DNA of 64,000 nt from an uncultured Candidatus Woesearchaeota archaeon (GCA_963724455.1 CAVRUV010000022.1:2821-66820); one strand, 5' to 3'. Counted from the first letter of the stretch, positions 8,753 to 19,128 are shown. Made by a program: numbers and translations. Notes: a model not told the origin generated them from the letters alone.

Positions 8753-9304
8753 CTATTTTGTAAGTACTCCAAACTGCGATGTTCCCAAAAACATTTTTTT
8801 GTACTTTATGATTTTCATTTTTACTTTATGCAAATCTACGATATGATCGTGCCCTTCAAAATCTTGATTCTCGAGCAATCGCATCTTTACTGCAATATTG
8901 CGAACCCAATCAGTTCCCGGTGCAGGAGTTGAACAAATAAATAAGCCTCCTTTTTTTAGCACGCGTTTGATTTCTGGCGTGCAAGGAGCATGTTCTATTA
9001 CTTCAAGCGAAATAACAACATCAAACGTATTAGTTTTGAATGTCATGTGCATCGCATCCATTATCTTATCTGGTTTTGGATATCCTTTCATCCAGGATGT
9101 TTTTGTTGGATCAACTTTATCGATGCCAATTATATTGTATCCTTTTGCTTTGATTTTATCAGTAATGTATCTATTGCCGCAGCCGACATCAAGAATTTTA
9201 ATTTTTTTCTTTGGAATTTTTTGTTTAAGAGCTTTGAGTTCTCTAAGAATAAGTTTGTATCTTCTATTTGCGACATATCTTGTAATGATGTGATACCATT
9301 TCAT
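8753..9304 (-). CDS. Class I SAM-dependent methyltransferase
   Basis: Motif I ILDVGCGNRY and motif post-II DVVISLEVIEH. Confidence 0.7.
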   Translation of the reverse strand: MKWYHIITRYVANRRYKLILRELKALKQKIPKKKIKILDVGCGNRYITDKIKAKGYNIIGIDKVDPTKTSWMKGYPKPDKIMDAMHMTFKTNTFDVVISLEVIEHAPCTPEIKRVLKKGGLFICSTPAPGTDWVRNIAVKMRLLENQDFEGHDHIVDLHKVKMKIIKYKKMFLGTSQFGVLTK

Positions 9305-9421
9305 CTATCGGCTTTTTGCGCTGTGCTATAAAAAACTTTGCGCCAATCATTGCGCTAACCATTGGATTTGTTCGAATGCGGAGTGCAAAAGTATAAATAA
9401 CTCATATTGCGCCCGTAAATT

Positions 9422-10132
9422 GTGAAAAAACCATCTCTTAGTATAATAATTCCTACTTATAACGAGAAGAAGAACATAACTATTCTCATCCCAAGAATAC
9501 AAAAGGTACTCAAGGAGTATACTTATGAGATTCTTGTAGTGGACGATTCTTCCCCAGATGGTACTGCAAAAGAAGTCCTTAGATTTCATAAAAAAGATGC
9601 TCGCATCAAACTAGTGCTTCGTAAAAAAAAGGAAGGATTCGGCGCAGCATTCAAACAAGGCTATGATACTGCAAAAAATGATATTATCATATCTACAGAT
9701 GCGGATTTATCTTTTGATCCTATCGACATGAAAAAATTCCTTAAAAAAATTGATGAAGGATATGATGTTGTTTTAGGTAGCAGGTATATTAGCGGCGGTA
9801 ATTATGAAAAACCGAACATGCGCATCTATACTAAAAGTCTTATGAGCAGATGGGGTAATCGAGTTTTGACATTAATATTCTTCATGAAGCTGCACGATAT
9901 TAGTGCGAATTTTCGTGCAATAAAACGAAGCGTTTGGCGCAATATTAAGACAACTGAAAGGAGCAATGCGCTTCTCGGAGAGATGGTGGTGAAAGCAAAT
10001 AAGCTGGGCTATAAAATAACTGAAGTGCCTGTTAAATTTCACGATCGTAAATTTGGGGATTCTAAAATAAGTCTTACTAAACACGCACCAATGTTCTTCT
10101 TAAGGACTTTGAAGTATAGATTTACTAAGTAA
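9422..10132 (+). CDS. GT2 glycosyltransferase, dolichyl-phosphate mannose/glucose synthase-like
   Basis: LSIIIPTYNEKKNI, VVDDSSPDGT, TDADLSFDP: Dpm1-like GT-A motifs. Confidence 0.8.
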   Translation: MKKPSLSIIIPTYNEKKNITILIPRIQKVLKEYTYEILVVDDSSPDGTAKEVLRFHKKDARIKLVLRKKKEGFGAAFKQGYDTAKNDIIISTDADLSFDPIDMKKFLKKIDEGYDVVLGSRYISGGNYEKPNMRIYTKSLMSRWGNRVLTLIFFMKLHDISANFRAIKRSVWRNIKTTERSNALLGEMVVKANKLGYKITEVPVKFHDRKFGDSKISLTKHAPMFFLRTLKYRFTK

Positions 10133-10241
10133 ATATAGGTTTACTAAGTAAATAGTATTTACTAAGTGAATAATCTGTGTTTCATCTCTAAATTATGAAC
10201 TAATTATGAACTGCTCCAAAGCTTTTATAAAACATTCTTGA

Positions 10242-11993
10242 TTGATGGGCTGTATGACTGACATTACAGACATTGCAACTCGCATTGAAGTGCATGCACT
10301 TGCGAATGCAGTAAAATTTGGCGGTAAAGCAAACCCTGGTAATGTGCTCCCTAAAATAATCGGCGAGTTTCCCGATGTGAAAAAAGACATTCAAGAAGTA
10401 AGAAAACAAATTGATACAATTGTTATTGAAGTGAACAAACTTACTCCTGAACTGCAACGTGCTCGTCTTGAAAAATTAGCGCCAGAATTGCTTGAAAAAA
10501 AAGAGAAAATAGAACGCATTGATAATCTTAAGGAACTAGAAGGAGTGGATGCAACTAAAGGCGTTGTTATGCGTTTTGCACCTTCGCCATCCGGACCAAT
10601 GCATATTGGTCATGCAATAACCGGCGGCCTTACGTCTTTATACGTGAAGAAATACGGTGGAAAATTCATTCTTCGCATCGAAGATACTAACAGTGATAAT
10701 ATTTATCCTCCTGCGTACGAGATGCTTCCTTCGGATGGAAAATGGATTTTTGGCAATGTAACAGATGTATGGATTCAGTCAGATAGAATGCCCATCTATT
10801 ACTCGTATGTTGAGAAATTATTTGACCATGATGCAGTTTATGTATGTACTTGTACACAAGAAGCATTCAAGGAACATGTTGAAGCAATGGATAATTGTCC
10901 TTGCAGAAATCTATCGAATGATGAGCAACGTAAACGTTGGAAAAAGATGTTTGATCGTGAGAATGGATTCCAAGAAGGCGATTGTGTAGTGCGATTTAAA
11001 GCAGATATGCAACATAAGAATCCAGCAATGCGTGATTTCCCGCTTGTCAGAATAAATGATAGCGAGCATCCGCGTCAAGGATTAAAATATCGCGTCTGGC
11101 CGCTTATGAACCTGTGCGTTTTTGTAGATGATGTCGAAGCAGGTATGACTCATATAATTCGCGCTAAAGACCATTATGATAATGCTAAACGCCAAGAGAT
11201 GATGTACGACGTGTTAGGAAAGCCTAAACCCTACACCTATTTTCTTGGACGCTATAACTTCGAAGGCCTTGAAATCTCCTGTTCAAAAACAAGAGCAAAA
11301 ATTGCCGAAGGAGCATTTACTGGATGGGACGACCCTCGTGTACCATTCCTTTGCGCATTAAAACGCAGAGGATACCAACATGAAGTATTCTTGAAGTACA
11401 CTGGACTTACTGGCATATCTCCTGTAGATAAGACTGTATCTGGCGAGGAGTTCTTCAAGACGATTAATGCATTCAATAAAGATATTATCGATCCTCGCGC
11501 AAAAAGATTCTTCTTTATTGCAGATAATGAGCGAGTAGAAATTGTTGGAGCGCCTTTGCAGACCCTGCATATCAGAATGCATCCTGAACATGACCTTGGT
11601 ACTCGCGAATTGCATACGAATAATCAATTCTTATTATCAAAAAATGATCTGACAGGCCTTGAAGATGGTAAGCTATATCGTTTGCTTGATTGTGTTAATT
11701 TCACAAGAGAACCTGGAGAGCATGGAATTTTTACATTCCACTCTAAGAGTCTAGAAGAATTCAAGTCTGCTAGCGGAAAAAAGATTATTCATTTCTTGCC
11801 AGCAGAAGGTAATGTGCATGCTGAAGTTATGATGCCGGATGCAACAGTTGCAAAGGGATTTGCCGAACCTGCTGTTGCAAGTTTGAAAGTAGATGATATC
11901 ATACAGTTTGAAAGATTTGGTTTTTGTAGGCTTGATGCAATCGAAAATGGTGCACACGGCAAGGTCTATAAGTTCTGGTATACTCATAAGTAA
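10242..11993 (+). CDS. gltX: Glutamyl-tRNA synthetase, archaeal type
   Basis: Class I core VVMRFAPSPSGPMHIGHA (HIGH) followed by LRIEDTN. N-terminal helical GatB/YqeY-like segment (HALANAVKFGGKANPGNVLPKI). Confidence 0.85.
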   Translation: MMGCMTDITDIATRIEVHALANAVKFGGKANPGNVLPKIIGEFPDVKKDIQEVRKQIDTIVIEVNKLTPELQRARLEKLAPELLEKKEKIERIDNLKELEGVDATKGVVMRFAPSPSGPMHIGHAITGGLTSLYVKKYGGKFILRIEDTNSDNIYPPAYEMLPSDGKWIFGNVTDVWIQSDRMPIYYSYVEKLFDHDAVYVCTCTQEAFKEHVEAMDNCPCRNLSNDEQRKRWKKMFDRENGFQEGDCVVRFKADMQHKNPAMRDFPLVRINDSEHPRQGLKYRVWPLMNLCVFVDDVEAGMTHIIRAKDHYDNAKRQEMMYDVLGKPKPYTYFLGRYNFEGLEISCSKTRAKIAEGAFTGWDDPRVPFLCALKRRGYQHEVFLKYTGLTGISPVDKTVSGEEFFKTINAFNKDIIDPRAKRFFFIADNERVEIVGAPLQTLHIRMHPEHDLGTRELHTNNQFLLSKNDLTGLEDGKLYRLLDCVNFTREPGEHGIFTFHSKSLEEFKSASGKKIIHFLPAEGNVHAEVMMPDATVAKGFAEPAVASLKVDDIIQFERFGFCRLDAIENGAHGKVYKFWYTHK

Positions 11994-12163
11994 ATATGAA
12001 TAGATATGCGTAGATGTAGATATAATTATACTTAGATTTTTGTTTCTTAATTCTGTCCTTAATTTTGTCTTATAATATGGTTTTGGGGCGTTTTAGCCAG
12101 TTTTATGACAACTTTTAAATAGGGGAAAAGCCGGTATGAGTTAAAACCATATGAGGTGGTTTC

Positions 12164-12328
12164 ATGTCACTAATCGTAAAAGCAAAAATCAAAGAACTAG
12201 TAGGAGAGTATAATGTAGCAGGCGATTTCGCAGATGCACTAAATGTAAAAGCAGAAGCACTAGTAAAGGACGCAGTAAAGCGCGCAGAAGGCAACGGTAG
12301 AAAGACCGTCATGGCAAAAGACTTGTAA
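12164..12328 (+). CDS. Small histone-fold-like protein (DUF1931 type), 54 aa; missing from the ORF track
   Basis: ATG at 12164 preceded by GAGGTGG (12153-12159). Translation MSLIVKAKIKELVGEYNVAGDFADALNVKAEALVKDAVKRAEGNGRKTVMAKDL matches the ...V..DF.DALN......L..A..RA..NGRKTV... pattern of DUF1931 proteins. The 12115..12312 minus ORF is its antisense shadow. Confidence 0.7.
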   Translation: MSLIVKAKIKELVGEYNVAGDFADALNVKAEALVKDAVKRAEGNGRKTVMAKDL

Positions 12329-12393
12329 GTCTATATTTTTTGTTTTCTTTTTTTTTATTAATTAATAATTTATGTTTCTATTAGAAAATTATT

Positions 12394-12546
12394 GGAATAC
12401 CTTGGAGTAAATCCTAGATTTTTGAGCGATTTATGCAGCTCAAAAATCCTAAACTCTCTGAGGGACGCGAAGGATTCAAAGAATCCTTGCGCAAGAATTC
12501 AAGTAACTATGTTGAATTCTTTGCGAAGAGAAATTCTCCGTATTCC
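12394..12546 (-). repeat. Structured intergenic element, long form (copy E4, 153 nt)
   Basis: On the minus strand: GGAATAC-GGAG...TCCCTCAGAGAGTTTAG, hairpin GATTTTTGAGC/GCTCAAAAATC with loop TGCATAAATC, then TCTAGGATTTA-CTCC-AAG-GTATTCC. Two extra perfect hairpins are inserted 5' of the TCCCTC box. Confidence 0.75.
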
Positions 12547-12596
12547 TGTTGTAAGATGTAGTTCTGCGTTCTAGTAGCAAGAATAATTTTGTTATC

Positions 12597-12815
12597 TTAT
12601 TTCTCTTCCAAAAATCTGATTGCAAGAATCTGCTTTTTAAGCTCTTCAAGCCTGGAATAAGTAATATCATCTTCGTATGCGCGAATCTCATCTTGTTCAA
12701 TACGATGTATCATCTTATGTTTTTTTACAGCAACAGCGTCCAGATTGCGATGCATTTTAGCATACATGCTAAGCTTTGCAAACATAACATTTCTAACATT
12801 AGATTTCATAAACAT
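12597..12815 (-). CDS. Hypothetical small protein
   Basis: 72-aa ORF co-directional with and just downstream of 12845..13459; no recognisable motif. Confidence 0.35.
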   Translation of the reverse strand: MFMKSNVRNVMFAKLSMYAKMHRNLDAVAVKKHKMIHRIEQDEIRAYEDDITYSRLEELKKQILAIRFLEEK

Positions 12816-12844
12816 TGCCTGCTAAATTCGTACTAATAATTAAT

Positions 12845-13459
12845 CTAATATTGTCGCCTTGGTGGTGGAGGAGGAACATCCATGTCAGGAATACCACCAA
12901 GATTCTGCATTCTAGGCGGTGGAGGAATATTTCCGCCACCAGGCCTTGGAAGTGGATCGGCCATTATTGGCTGGTATGCAGGTGCATGATCCATTTCAAA
13001 TGGATTTTTTGAACCAATAGCAGTTGCTTGCGCTTCAGCTTGCATCATCATTGGTTGAGCTGATGCAGTGGGAGCTTGTACTGCTTGAGCAGCAACTGTC
13101 GCCTTTGGAGGTACGAATTGATCGAATGTTGGAATTGGATGATCGAGTTTTTTTTCTAACTCCTTTACTAGTTCAGCAACAGCAACAATGCCTTTAGCCA
13201 ATCTCTCTTGCTGTTCGAGCATCTTAACAAGCTGCTCTTGCATAGCAGTATCATTGAACGATTTTACCATCTCGTCATTAGCGCCTTCGAAGACATTATT
13301 GAGCTTTGTAACGCTCACGCTCAATTTATTGAGTGCATCAAGTAGAGAAATAGATGCTTGTGTATCGCCTAGTGGATTACGCTTTAGTTTATCCACTTCT
13401 TTTCTTAGATAGTCAAGCTCTTCACGAGGCATGAGCTCGTATTCATCAGTTGGTTGCAA
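12845..13459 (-). CDS. Hypothetical coiled-coil protein with Pro-rich C-terminus
   Basis: Heptad-like N-terminal half, A/Q-rich linker, PPPPRMQNLGGIPDMDVPPPPPRR tail. No family recognised. Confidence 0.5.
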   Translation of the reverse strand: MQPTDEYELMPREELDYLRKEVDKLKRNPLGDTQASISLLDALNKLSVSVTKLNNVFEGANDEMVKSFNDTAMQEQLVKMLEQQERLAKGIVAVAELVKELEKKLDHPIPTFDQFVPPKATVAAQAVQAPTASAQPMMMQAEAQATAIGSKNPFEMDHAPAYQPIMADPLPRPGGGNIPPPPRMQNLGGIPDMDVPPPPPRRQY

Positions 13460-13631
13460 ATGTCCTCACCCCTAATATTTAGGAAACAATAAAAAAACTT
13501 GTGCCGAGAAGTATATAAGTATTTCGTGTCTTGAATTTCTGATAGTGTTTTTAGTTGATTAGTGTTTTTTCGTAATTTTTTTGTTTTAAAAAATTGTAAC
13601 ATTTATAAACTCCTAAATTTTTAATATAAAT

Positions 13632-16600
13632 GTGGTAGGTGTGAACTCTAAGAAATATATCTTATCAAGCTTACTAGTTGCAAGTATAATTGTCATTATA
13701 ATTCTTAAATCATCATATGTCGAAGGAAGGCAAATTATCGATGGTGAGCCTACTTGTCCGCCTAGTACTTGCTCTACAGAAGGCAGTATGTGCACTGGTG
13801 CTAATGCAGGTAAAACTTGTACGTTTATAGATAACGGTATTTGTTCAAGATTATATTGTGCATGTACACCAAGTTGCACAGGAAAAACTTGTGGAAGCAA
13901 TGGTTGTGGAGGAACTTGTGGTAGTTGTGATGATACTTACCAAACTTGCAGTGCTGGAAACTGCATCATTGCTCCAGATTATTGTCCTAGAACAAAAAGC
14001 CCAGTAAGTACAGTGCCGCAATTGTATATGTCTTTTGTTGCTTCTTCTGATATTTCTGCTACAAGAACTGTGAACTTAACAACTTCTTCTACTTTATGTC
14101 CTATTGGTACAGGGTCACTTCAACAATGCAGTACTTGGGATAGTAATAATGTTACTTGTCTTGCTAATGGTTGTTCATACTCTTATGCATATAATTTTTG
14201 TGCACCTAAAACTACTTATGATGCAACTTGTGCTGGCATATTAGATCCGACGACATGTAATAGTGCAAGCAGTCCTAGTAGTGGCCATTGTCAATGGTTT
14301 GATGGGGGAGTAGATCCGAGTTATTGTGAAGTAAAACAGCCTGATTGTTATAGTCCGGTGGATGCAGGGACTTGTGATGCTATAGCGGGTTGTAAGTGGA
14401 ATTTGGGAGAATGTAGTGAGTATGCTCCGTATCCGAATGAAGGAATGTGCATTAGGTATGATAATTCATTTTGTGATGTAAATTATTGTGATTACACCTC
14501 GCCAGTTCAATGTAATGCGGCATATAATCATGGTGCGTGTGAGATGAAAACCTCTCCAGCTTCATGCTTTGGAACACCAACTTTTCAAGTTGCAACCGGC
14601 TCTGTTACTATAGGATCTTCTTCATTAAAAGTATATGAAAGAACTGATTGGGTAGTGCCTTGGTGGTCTTATGAATCTTGTTCTTTCTGGCGTTGTACTA
14701 CAAAAGAAAGTAATACTCCTCATTATTTTATTGGTACTTGCACAGTTGGAAATGCTTGCAATTGGGCTGATGGGTGTAGAATTAAACAATGTGATGTTTA
14801 TTCAAAAGATGAAGTTAGGGTGACTCCTAGTTTGTCTGGTCCATGGAGCAATCCTGGTGGATGGACTGCGACAAAAGTTCATATTTCCGGACCTGATGAA
14901 TCTTTAGCAGATATGTGTTGGGGTGCAGGATTTACTAGTTTATACATTCCTGCAGCGCCATGTTGTGCCGCAAGTACATTTGGATGTAATGTCTGCGGCG
15001 GTTGTGGTGCAAATGTATGTAGTGATACAAGCGCAAATTGTAATGTTGGTGCAGTCTCTGGCGGGGTAAATAATTGTCCTGTTGCAGCAGTTTGTCAAGG
15101 TGCATGTACTCCTGAGTCAGATCCTGGTTTGTGTTCTAGATTGGGAAAAAATTGTGGCAGTTTAACTGCTCCTGATAATTGTAATAATTCTAGGACTGTA
15201 AATTGTGGTCCTACTACTGATAATAATGCTTGCACGCAAACTGATACTTGTACTAATAACGTTGTTGTTGGTAGTAATCCTGTTATATGTACTGCATCTG
15301 ATCAGTGTCACAGTATAGGTGTTTGTGATACTTCTTCTGGTGTATGTTCTAATCCTACTAAGGCTAATGGTGCTGTTTGCAATGATGCTAATGCTTGTAC
15401 TAGTGGAGATTCTTGCCAAACTGGTGTTTGTGTCGGAACGCCTTTGTCGGTAATTGGTGCTGCTTGTAACGATGGCAATGCCTGTACTACTAATGATGTT
15501 TATACTAATGCTTGTGGCGCTTGTGCTGGAAATGCAATAACTTGTACTGCTTTAGATCAGTGTCATGTTGCAGGAGTTTGTAATTCTGGTACTGGAATTT
15601 GTACTAATCTAAATAAGGCTAATGGTGCATCTTGTAGTGATAGTAATGCTTGCACTACTGGTGATGTTTGTTTTAGCGGTTCTTGTAATCCAGGTTCTCC
15701 TTTAAATTGTAATGATGCTAATTCTTGTACTACTGATTCTTGTAATGCTATGATTGGATGTGTTAATGCTAATAATCCGGTTAATGGTGCTTGGGGTGCG
15801 CCAGTTACATGGAATCCTTGGGTTGATGTTGGTTCTTGTGGTACTTATCAGCCTAGTTTGCAGCGTCAGGATAGATCGGGATTGTTGACTTGTAATGGTG
15901 CTTCTTGTGGCGGTATTTGTCCTGGTAGTTCTGCTACTTCTGATATTCAGTATATTGCTTGTTGTGTTCCTGTAAATGGTACTTATGACAATCCTATTAC
16001 TTGGGGTCCTTGGGTGAATACTGGTGTTTGCGGTGCTTATGTTTCTGGTAAACAGAATCAAACTCGTACTGGTACTAAAACTTGTAGTGGTACTTGTGGC
16101 GGTACTTGCCCTGGTAGTCCTACTGTTACAGAAGTTCAGTCGATTTATCCTTACTCTGGTTCATGTTCAGCTTGTGTGTGCAGCGGTGTTGCAGGTACAT
16201 TCAATACTTGCACTAATGTTTGTGATGGTAGAACTTGTTCAGCTCCGCCTAATTATGGTACTGCTTGCAATAGTGCTCCTAATAATTGCGGCACTAAAAA
16301 TGCTGGTTCTTACTTATGCGATGGAGTATCATGTTCTGCTGCTGCTCCTGCTGATGTTCCTCTAGTTTGCGCTGCAGCAGTAGATGTTGCATGCAATGCT
16401 CCTATCACCAAAGTGTCTGGTTGTGCTAGCGCCACTTGTTCTGGAAAAGGTACTAAGTGCGCTGTTGGTCTTGTTTGTGATAGCACTCTTGGCTGTATTG
16501 CTGCTTGTGGTGATGGTGCTTGTTCTGCTGGCGAGAATAGCGGTTCTTGTCCTACTGATTGTCCTATTTCTTGTGGCGATGGTTTGTGTAATGGTGTTGA

Positions 16601-17174
16601 AAATTGCTTGAATTGCGCTAGTGATTGCGGTACTTGCTCTTTTGGATGGACTGGTCGTTTGTTGAACGGTAGCAATCCTACTCAGAAAGTGACTACTGAA
16701 GGTTATGTTTACATTAATGGTAAGTCTTATGTTGTAAGCAATGGCGACATTGCTGTAGCTGGTGTTCCTGGCGGTACGTGGAGTGTTTCTGCTGGAGCAA
16801 CTGGTTTTGGAATGAATACTACTAGCATTGTGTTTAGCGGAAGCAGTAATACAGTTGCTGATATTGTTTTACCTGTTGAGTCTTGCAGTAGTTTGTGCGT
16901 TCTTGGTAACCGTTGTGATTATTCTTGTCCTGGTTGCGGCAGTGTAGACGCTGATGTGCAGGTTGCTTGTCGCGATAAAGAGGCGGGTATTATTCGTTCT
17001 GTAGACAATACTCGCGATATATTGTGCTGTGTTGGTAATGCGGTATCAAAGAGTACTTATCGTACAGAATTCGAGTTGTACAGTACCTATGGTCGTATTG
17101 CAAAAACCGAACGAACAGTATCTTATGGTGGCGTAGATTATCGCGCAGAAATATTCACTTGGGATAAAAAATAA
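13632..17174 (+). CDS. Giant secreted/anchored cysteine-rich surface protein (1180 aa)
   Basis: GTG start, N-terminal TM/signal (ILSSLLVASIIVIIIL), Cys throughout. Has tandem C.D.NACT.GD.C..G.C units, two W..W...G.CG...Q.R.G..C.G.CGG.CPG units and CGDG.C..GEN...CP.DC motifs. Confidence 0.8.
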   Translation: MVGVNSKKYILSSLLVASIIVIIILKSSYVEGRQIIDGEPTCPPSTCSTEGSMCTGANAGKTCTFIDNGICSRLYCACTPSCTGKTCGSNGCGGTCGSCDDTYQTCSAGNCIIAPDYCPRTKSPVSTVPQLYMSFVASSDISATRTVNLTTSSTLCPIGTGSLQQCSTWDSNNVTCLANGCSYSYAYNFCAPKTTYDATCAGILDPTTCNSASSPSSGHCQWFDGGVDPSYCEVKQPDCYSPVDAGTCDAIAGCKWNLGECSEYAPYPNEGMCIRYDNSFCDVNYCDYTSPVQCNAAYNHGACEMKTSPASCFGTPTFQVATGSVTIGSSSLKVYERTDWVVPWWSYESCSFWRCTTKESNTPHYFIGTCTVGNACNWADGCRIKQCDVYSKDEVRVTPSLSGPWSNPGGWTATKVHISGPDESLADMCWGAGFTSLYIPAAPCCAASTFGCNVCGGCGANVCSDTSANCNVGAVSGGVNNCPVAAVCQGACTPESDPGLCSRLGKNCGSLTAPDNCNNSRTVNCGPTTDNNACTQTDTCTNNVVVGSNPVICTASDQCHSIGVCDTSSGVCSNPTKANGAVCNDANACTSGDSCQTGVCVGTPLSVIGAACNDGNACTTNDVYTNACGACAGNAITCTALDQCHVAGVCNSGTGICTNLNKANGASCSDSNACTTGDVCFSGSCNPGSPLNCNDANSCTTDSCNAMIGCVNANNPVNGAWGAPVTWNPWVDVGSCGTYQPSLQRQDRSGLLTCNGASCGGICPGSSATSDIQYIACCVPVNGTYDNPITWGPWVNTGVCGAYVSGKQNQTRTGTKTCSGTCGGTCPGSPTVTEVQSIYPYSGSCSACVCSGVAGTFNTCTNVCDGRTCSAPPNYGTACNSAPNNCGTKNAGSYLCDGVSCSAAAPADVPLVCAAAVDVACNAPITKVSGCASATCSGKGTKCAVGLVCDSTLGCIAACGDGACSAGENSGSCPTDCPISCGDGLCNGVENCLNCASDCGTCSFGWTGRLLNGSNPTQKVTTEGYVYINGKSYVVSNGDIAVAGVPGGTWSVSAGATGFGMNTTSIVFSGSSNTVADIVLPVESCSSLCVLGNRCDYSCPGCGSVDADVQVACRDKEAGIIRSVDNTRDILCCVGNAVSKSTYRTEFELYSTYGRIAKTERTVSYGGVDYRAEIFTWDKK

Positions 17175-17523
17175 ACAGTTGTAGCCTTTGTTCTATTATT
17201 GTTATATTATTTGTGTTAGTCTAGTATTGTTTAGTTATTTGTATTAATTTTAGTTATTATTGGTGTAGTTTTCGTATTTTTTAGTTCTGATTATTAGTTC
17301 TTATAGAAATCTTTTTTCTTATTAAGAATTTTTTTATAGAGAGTTTTCTTTTTTGATAAGAATTGATTATTAAAACTTATTAACTCCTAATTACTTCTTA
17401 TACAAGAAAATCCTGAACTACTAAATCCTAAACTAATTTCTAGATGCAGTTTATTGCTTTATTCTATTATTTTGTTCATTGTTTTAGTCTAGTATTTATT
17501 AGTTATTCACTAAATTATTTCGT

Positions 17524-19128
17524 CTATTGCATCTCATGTTGTTGTGAAGGCATTGGTTGCTTTCCGCCAGCAATTACATCGTCAATTCGTAGAATCATGA
17601 TAGCAACTTCGGATGCTGAAGCAATTGCTTGCGTCTTTATCTTTAGCGGCTCAAGCACTCCTGCTTCCCAAGCATCAAATGTTTTTCCAGTGAACACATT
17701 GATTCCTTCCCACATTAATCCTTTATCGTGAGCTGCTTTTAGTTCTGTTAAAGCATCAATTGGGTCAAGTCCTGCATTTTCAGCTAGCGTTCTAGGAATT
17801 ACTTCTAGCGCATCAGCAAAAGCACGAACAGCAAGTTGTTCTCTGCCTGATAGCTGGTTTGCATAAGTGTGCAAGTGTTTAGCAAGCTCTACTTCAATAG
17901 ATCCGGCTCCTGCAACAATCTTTCCATTCTGCAATGCTGCAGAGATATCTCCTACTGCGTCTTCGAGTGCTCGCTTGATTTCTGCAACAATATGTTCTGT
18001 ACTGCCGCGAACTAGTATGGTCACTGTTTTTGCATGCGGGCATTCTCTTACAAAAGTCATTTTTTCTTCGCCGATTTTTGCTTCATCAACAAGTCCGGCT
18101 AGGCCCAAGTCTTTAGCTGAAAGGTCTTCAATACTGCTAACGATTCTAGCACCAGTTGCTTTGCTGATTTTCTCAATATCGCTTTTCTTTACGCGCCTGC
18201 ATGCAAAGATATTCGCCTTTGTCAAGAAATGCGCTGCAAGGTCATCAATTCCTTTTTGGCAGAACACTACTGTTGCGCCGGATTGTATGACTCGCTCAGT
18301 CATCTTTCGCAGCATCTGCTCTTCCATATCAAGGAATGCCTGCATATGTTTTGGGTCACTAATGTTTATTTTAGCATCCATCTCAGTATTCTTAATTTCT
18401 ATTGGACAATCAAGAAGTGCGATTTTTGCGTTGGTAATTGCGCTAGGCATTGAAGAGCTTACTTTTTCACGATCAAGCATGATGCCGTGGATTAGTTCGG
18501 TCTCTTCAACTCTACCGCCAGATTTCTTCTCAACAGTGATGTGATCACGGTGCAGTTTTCCTTTATCTGCAACGATTTCAACTGCTGTTACAATGAGTTT
18601 TGCAAGATGATCCTTATCTGCTTCAGCGCCTTTTCCTGTCATTGCAGTTGTTGCAAGTTTATGAAGCATATCTGTATCTTTTAGTTGGATTGGCTTAGCA
18701 ACACTAGCAAGTACTGCTTGAGCTTGCTCAGCTGCAAGGCGGTATCCTCTTGCAATAATGGTTGGATGAATATCTCGATCCAGTAATGTTTCTGCATTTT
18801 TTAGAAGTTCTCCAGCTAGAACTACGGCTGTTGTTGTTCCATCGCCAACTTCATATTCTTGGGTTTTTGCGATCTCAACAATCATCTTTGCACTAGGATG
18901 CTCGATTTGCATCTCTTTTAGAATTGTGACACCATCATTTGTTATGGTAATATCTCCCATCGCATCAACAATCATTTTATCCATTCCTTTTGGGCCGAGT
19001 GTTGTACGTACTGTTTCAGCAACAAGCTTAGCTGCTGCGATGTTCATGCGCTGCGCTTCACGACCTACAGTTCGTTTTGTATCTTGTGGAAGAATGAAGA
19101 TTGGTTGAATATTGTTATTATTATTCAT
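17524..19128 (-). CDS. ths: Thermosome subunit (group II chaperonin)
   Basis: [41 protein letters not shown]-like C-terminal region; full length. Confidence 0.95.
   Translation of the reverse strand: MNNNNNIQPIFILPQDTKRTVGREAQRMNIAAAKLVAETVRTTLGPKGMDKMIVDAMGDITITNDGVTILKEMQIEHPSAKMIVEIAKTQEYEVGDGTTTAVVLAGELLKNAETLLDRDIHPTIIARGYRLAAEQAQAVLASVAKPIQLKDTDMLHKLATTAMTGKGAEADKDHLAKLIVTAVEIVADKGKLHRDHITVEKKSGGRVEETELIHGIMLDREKVSSSMPSAITNAKIALLDCPIEIKNTEMDAKINISDPKHMQAFLDMEEQMLRKMTERVIQSGATVVFCQKGIDDLAAHFLTKANIFACRRVKKSDIEKISKATGARIVSSIEDLSAKDLGLAGLVDEAKIGEEKMTFVRECPHAKTVTILVRGSTEHIVAEIKRALEDAVGDISAALQNGKIVAGAGSIEVELAKHLHTYANQLSGREQLAVRAFADALEVIPRTLAENAGLDPIDALTELKAAHDKGLMWEGINVFTGKTFDAWEAGVLEPLKIKTQAIASASEVAIMILRIDDVIAGGKQPMPSQQHEMQ

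Noticed and set aside
10242-10560. N-terminal ~100-aa GatB/YqeY-like helical domain on GluRS as a possible novel fusion
   Set aside because: From memory, archaeal-type GluRS commonly begins with a very similar (…ALINA.KH.GKANPGAV.GK…) segment, so this is probably the normal architecture. A domain search would confirm it.
12115-12574. Track ORFs 12115..12312 (-) and 12392..12574 (+)
   Set aside because: The first is antisense to the SD-preceded DUF1931-like small gene. The second (TTG start) exactly spans structured element E4.
17867-18544. 225-aa plus-strand ORF, with 18229..18453 and 18926..19108, inside the thermosome gene
   Set aside because: It is an antisense shadow of a very well supported chaperonin CDS. 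Its composition is low-complexity S/A/I-rich and it has no motif or RBS.
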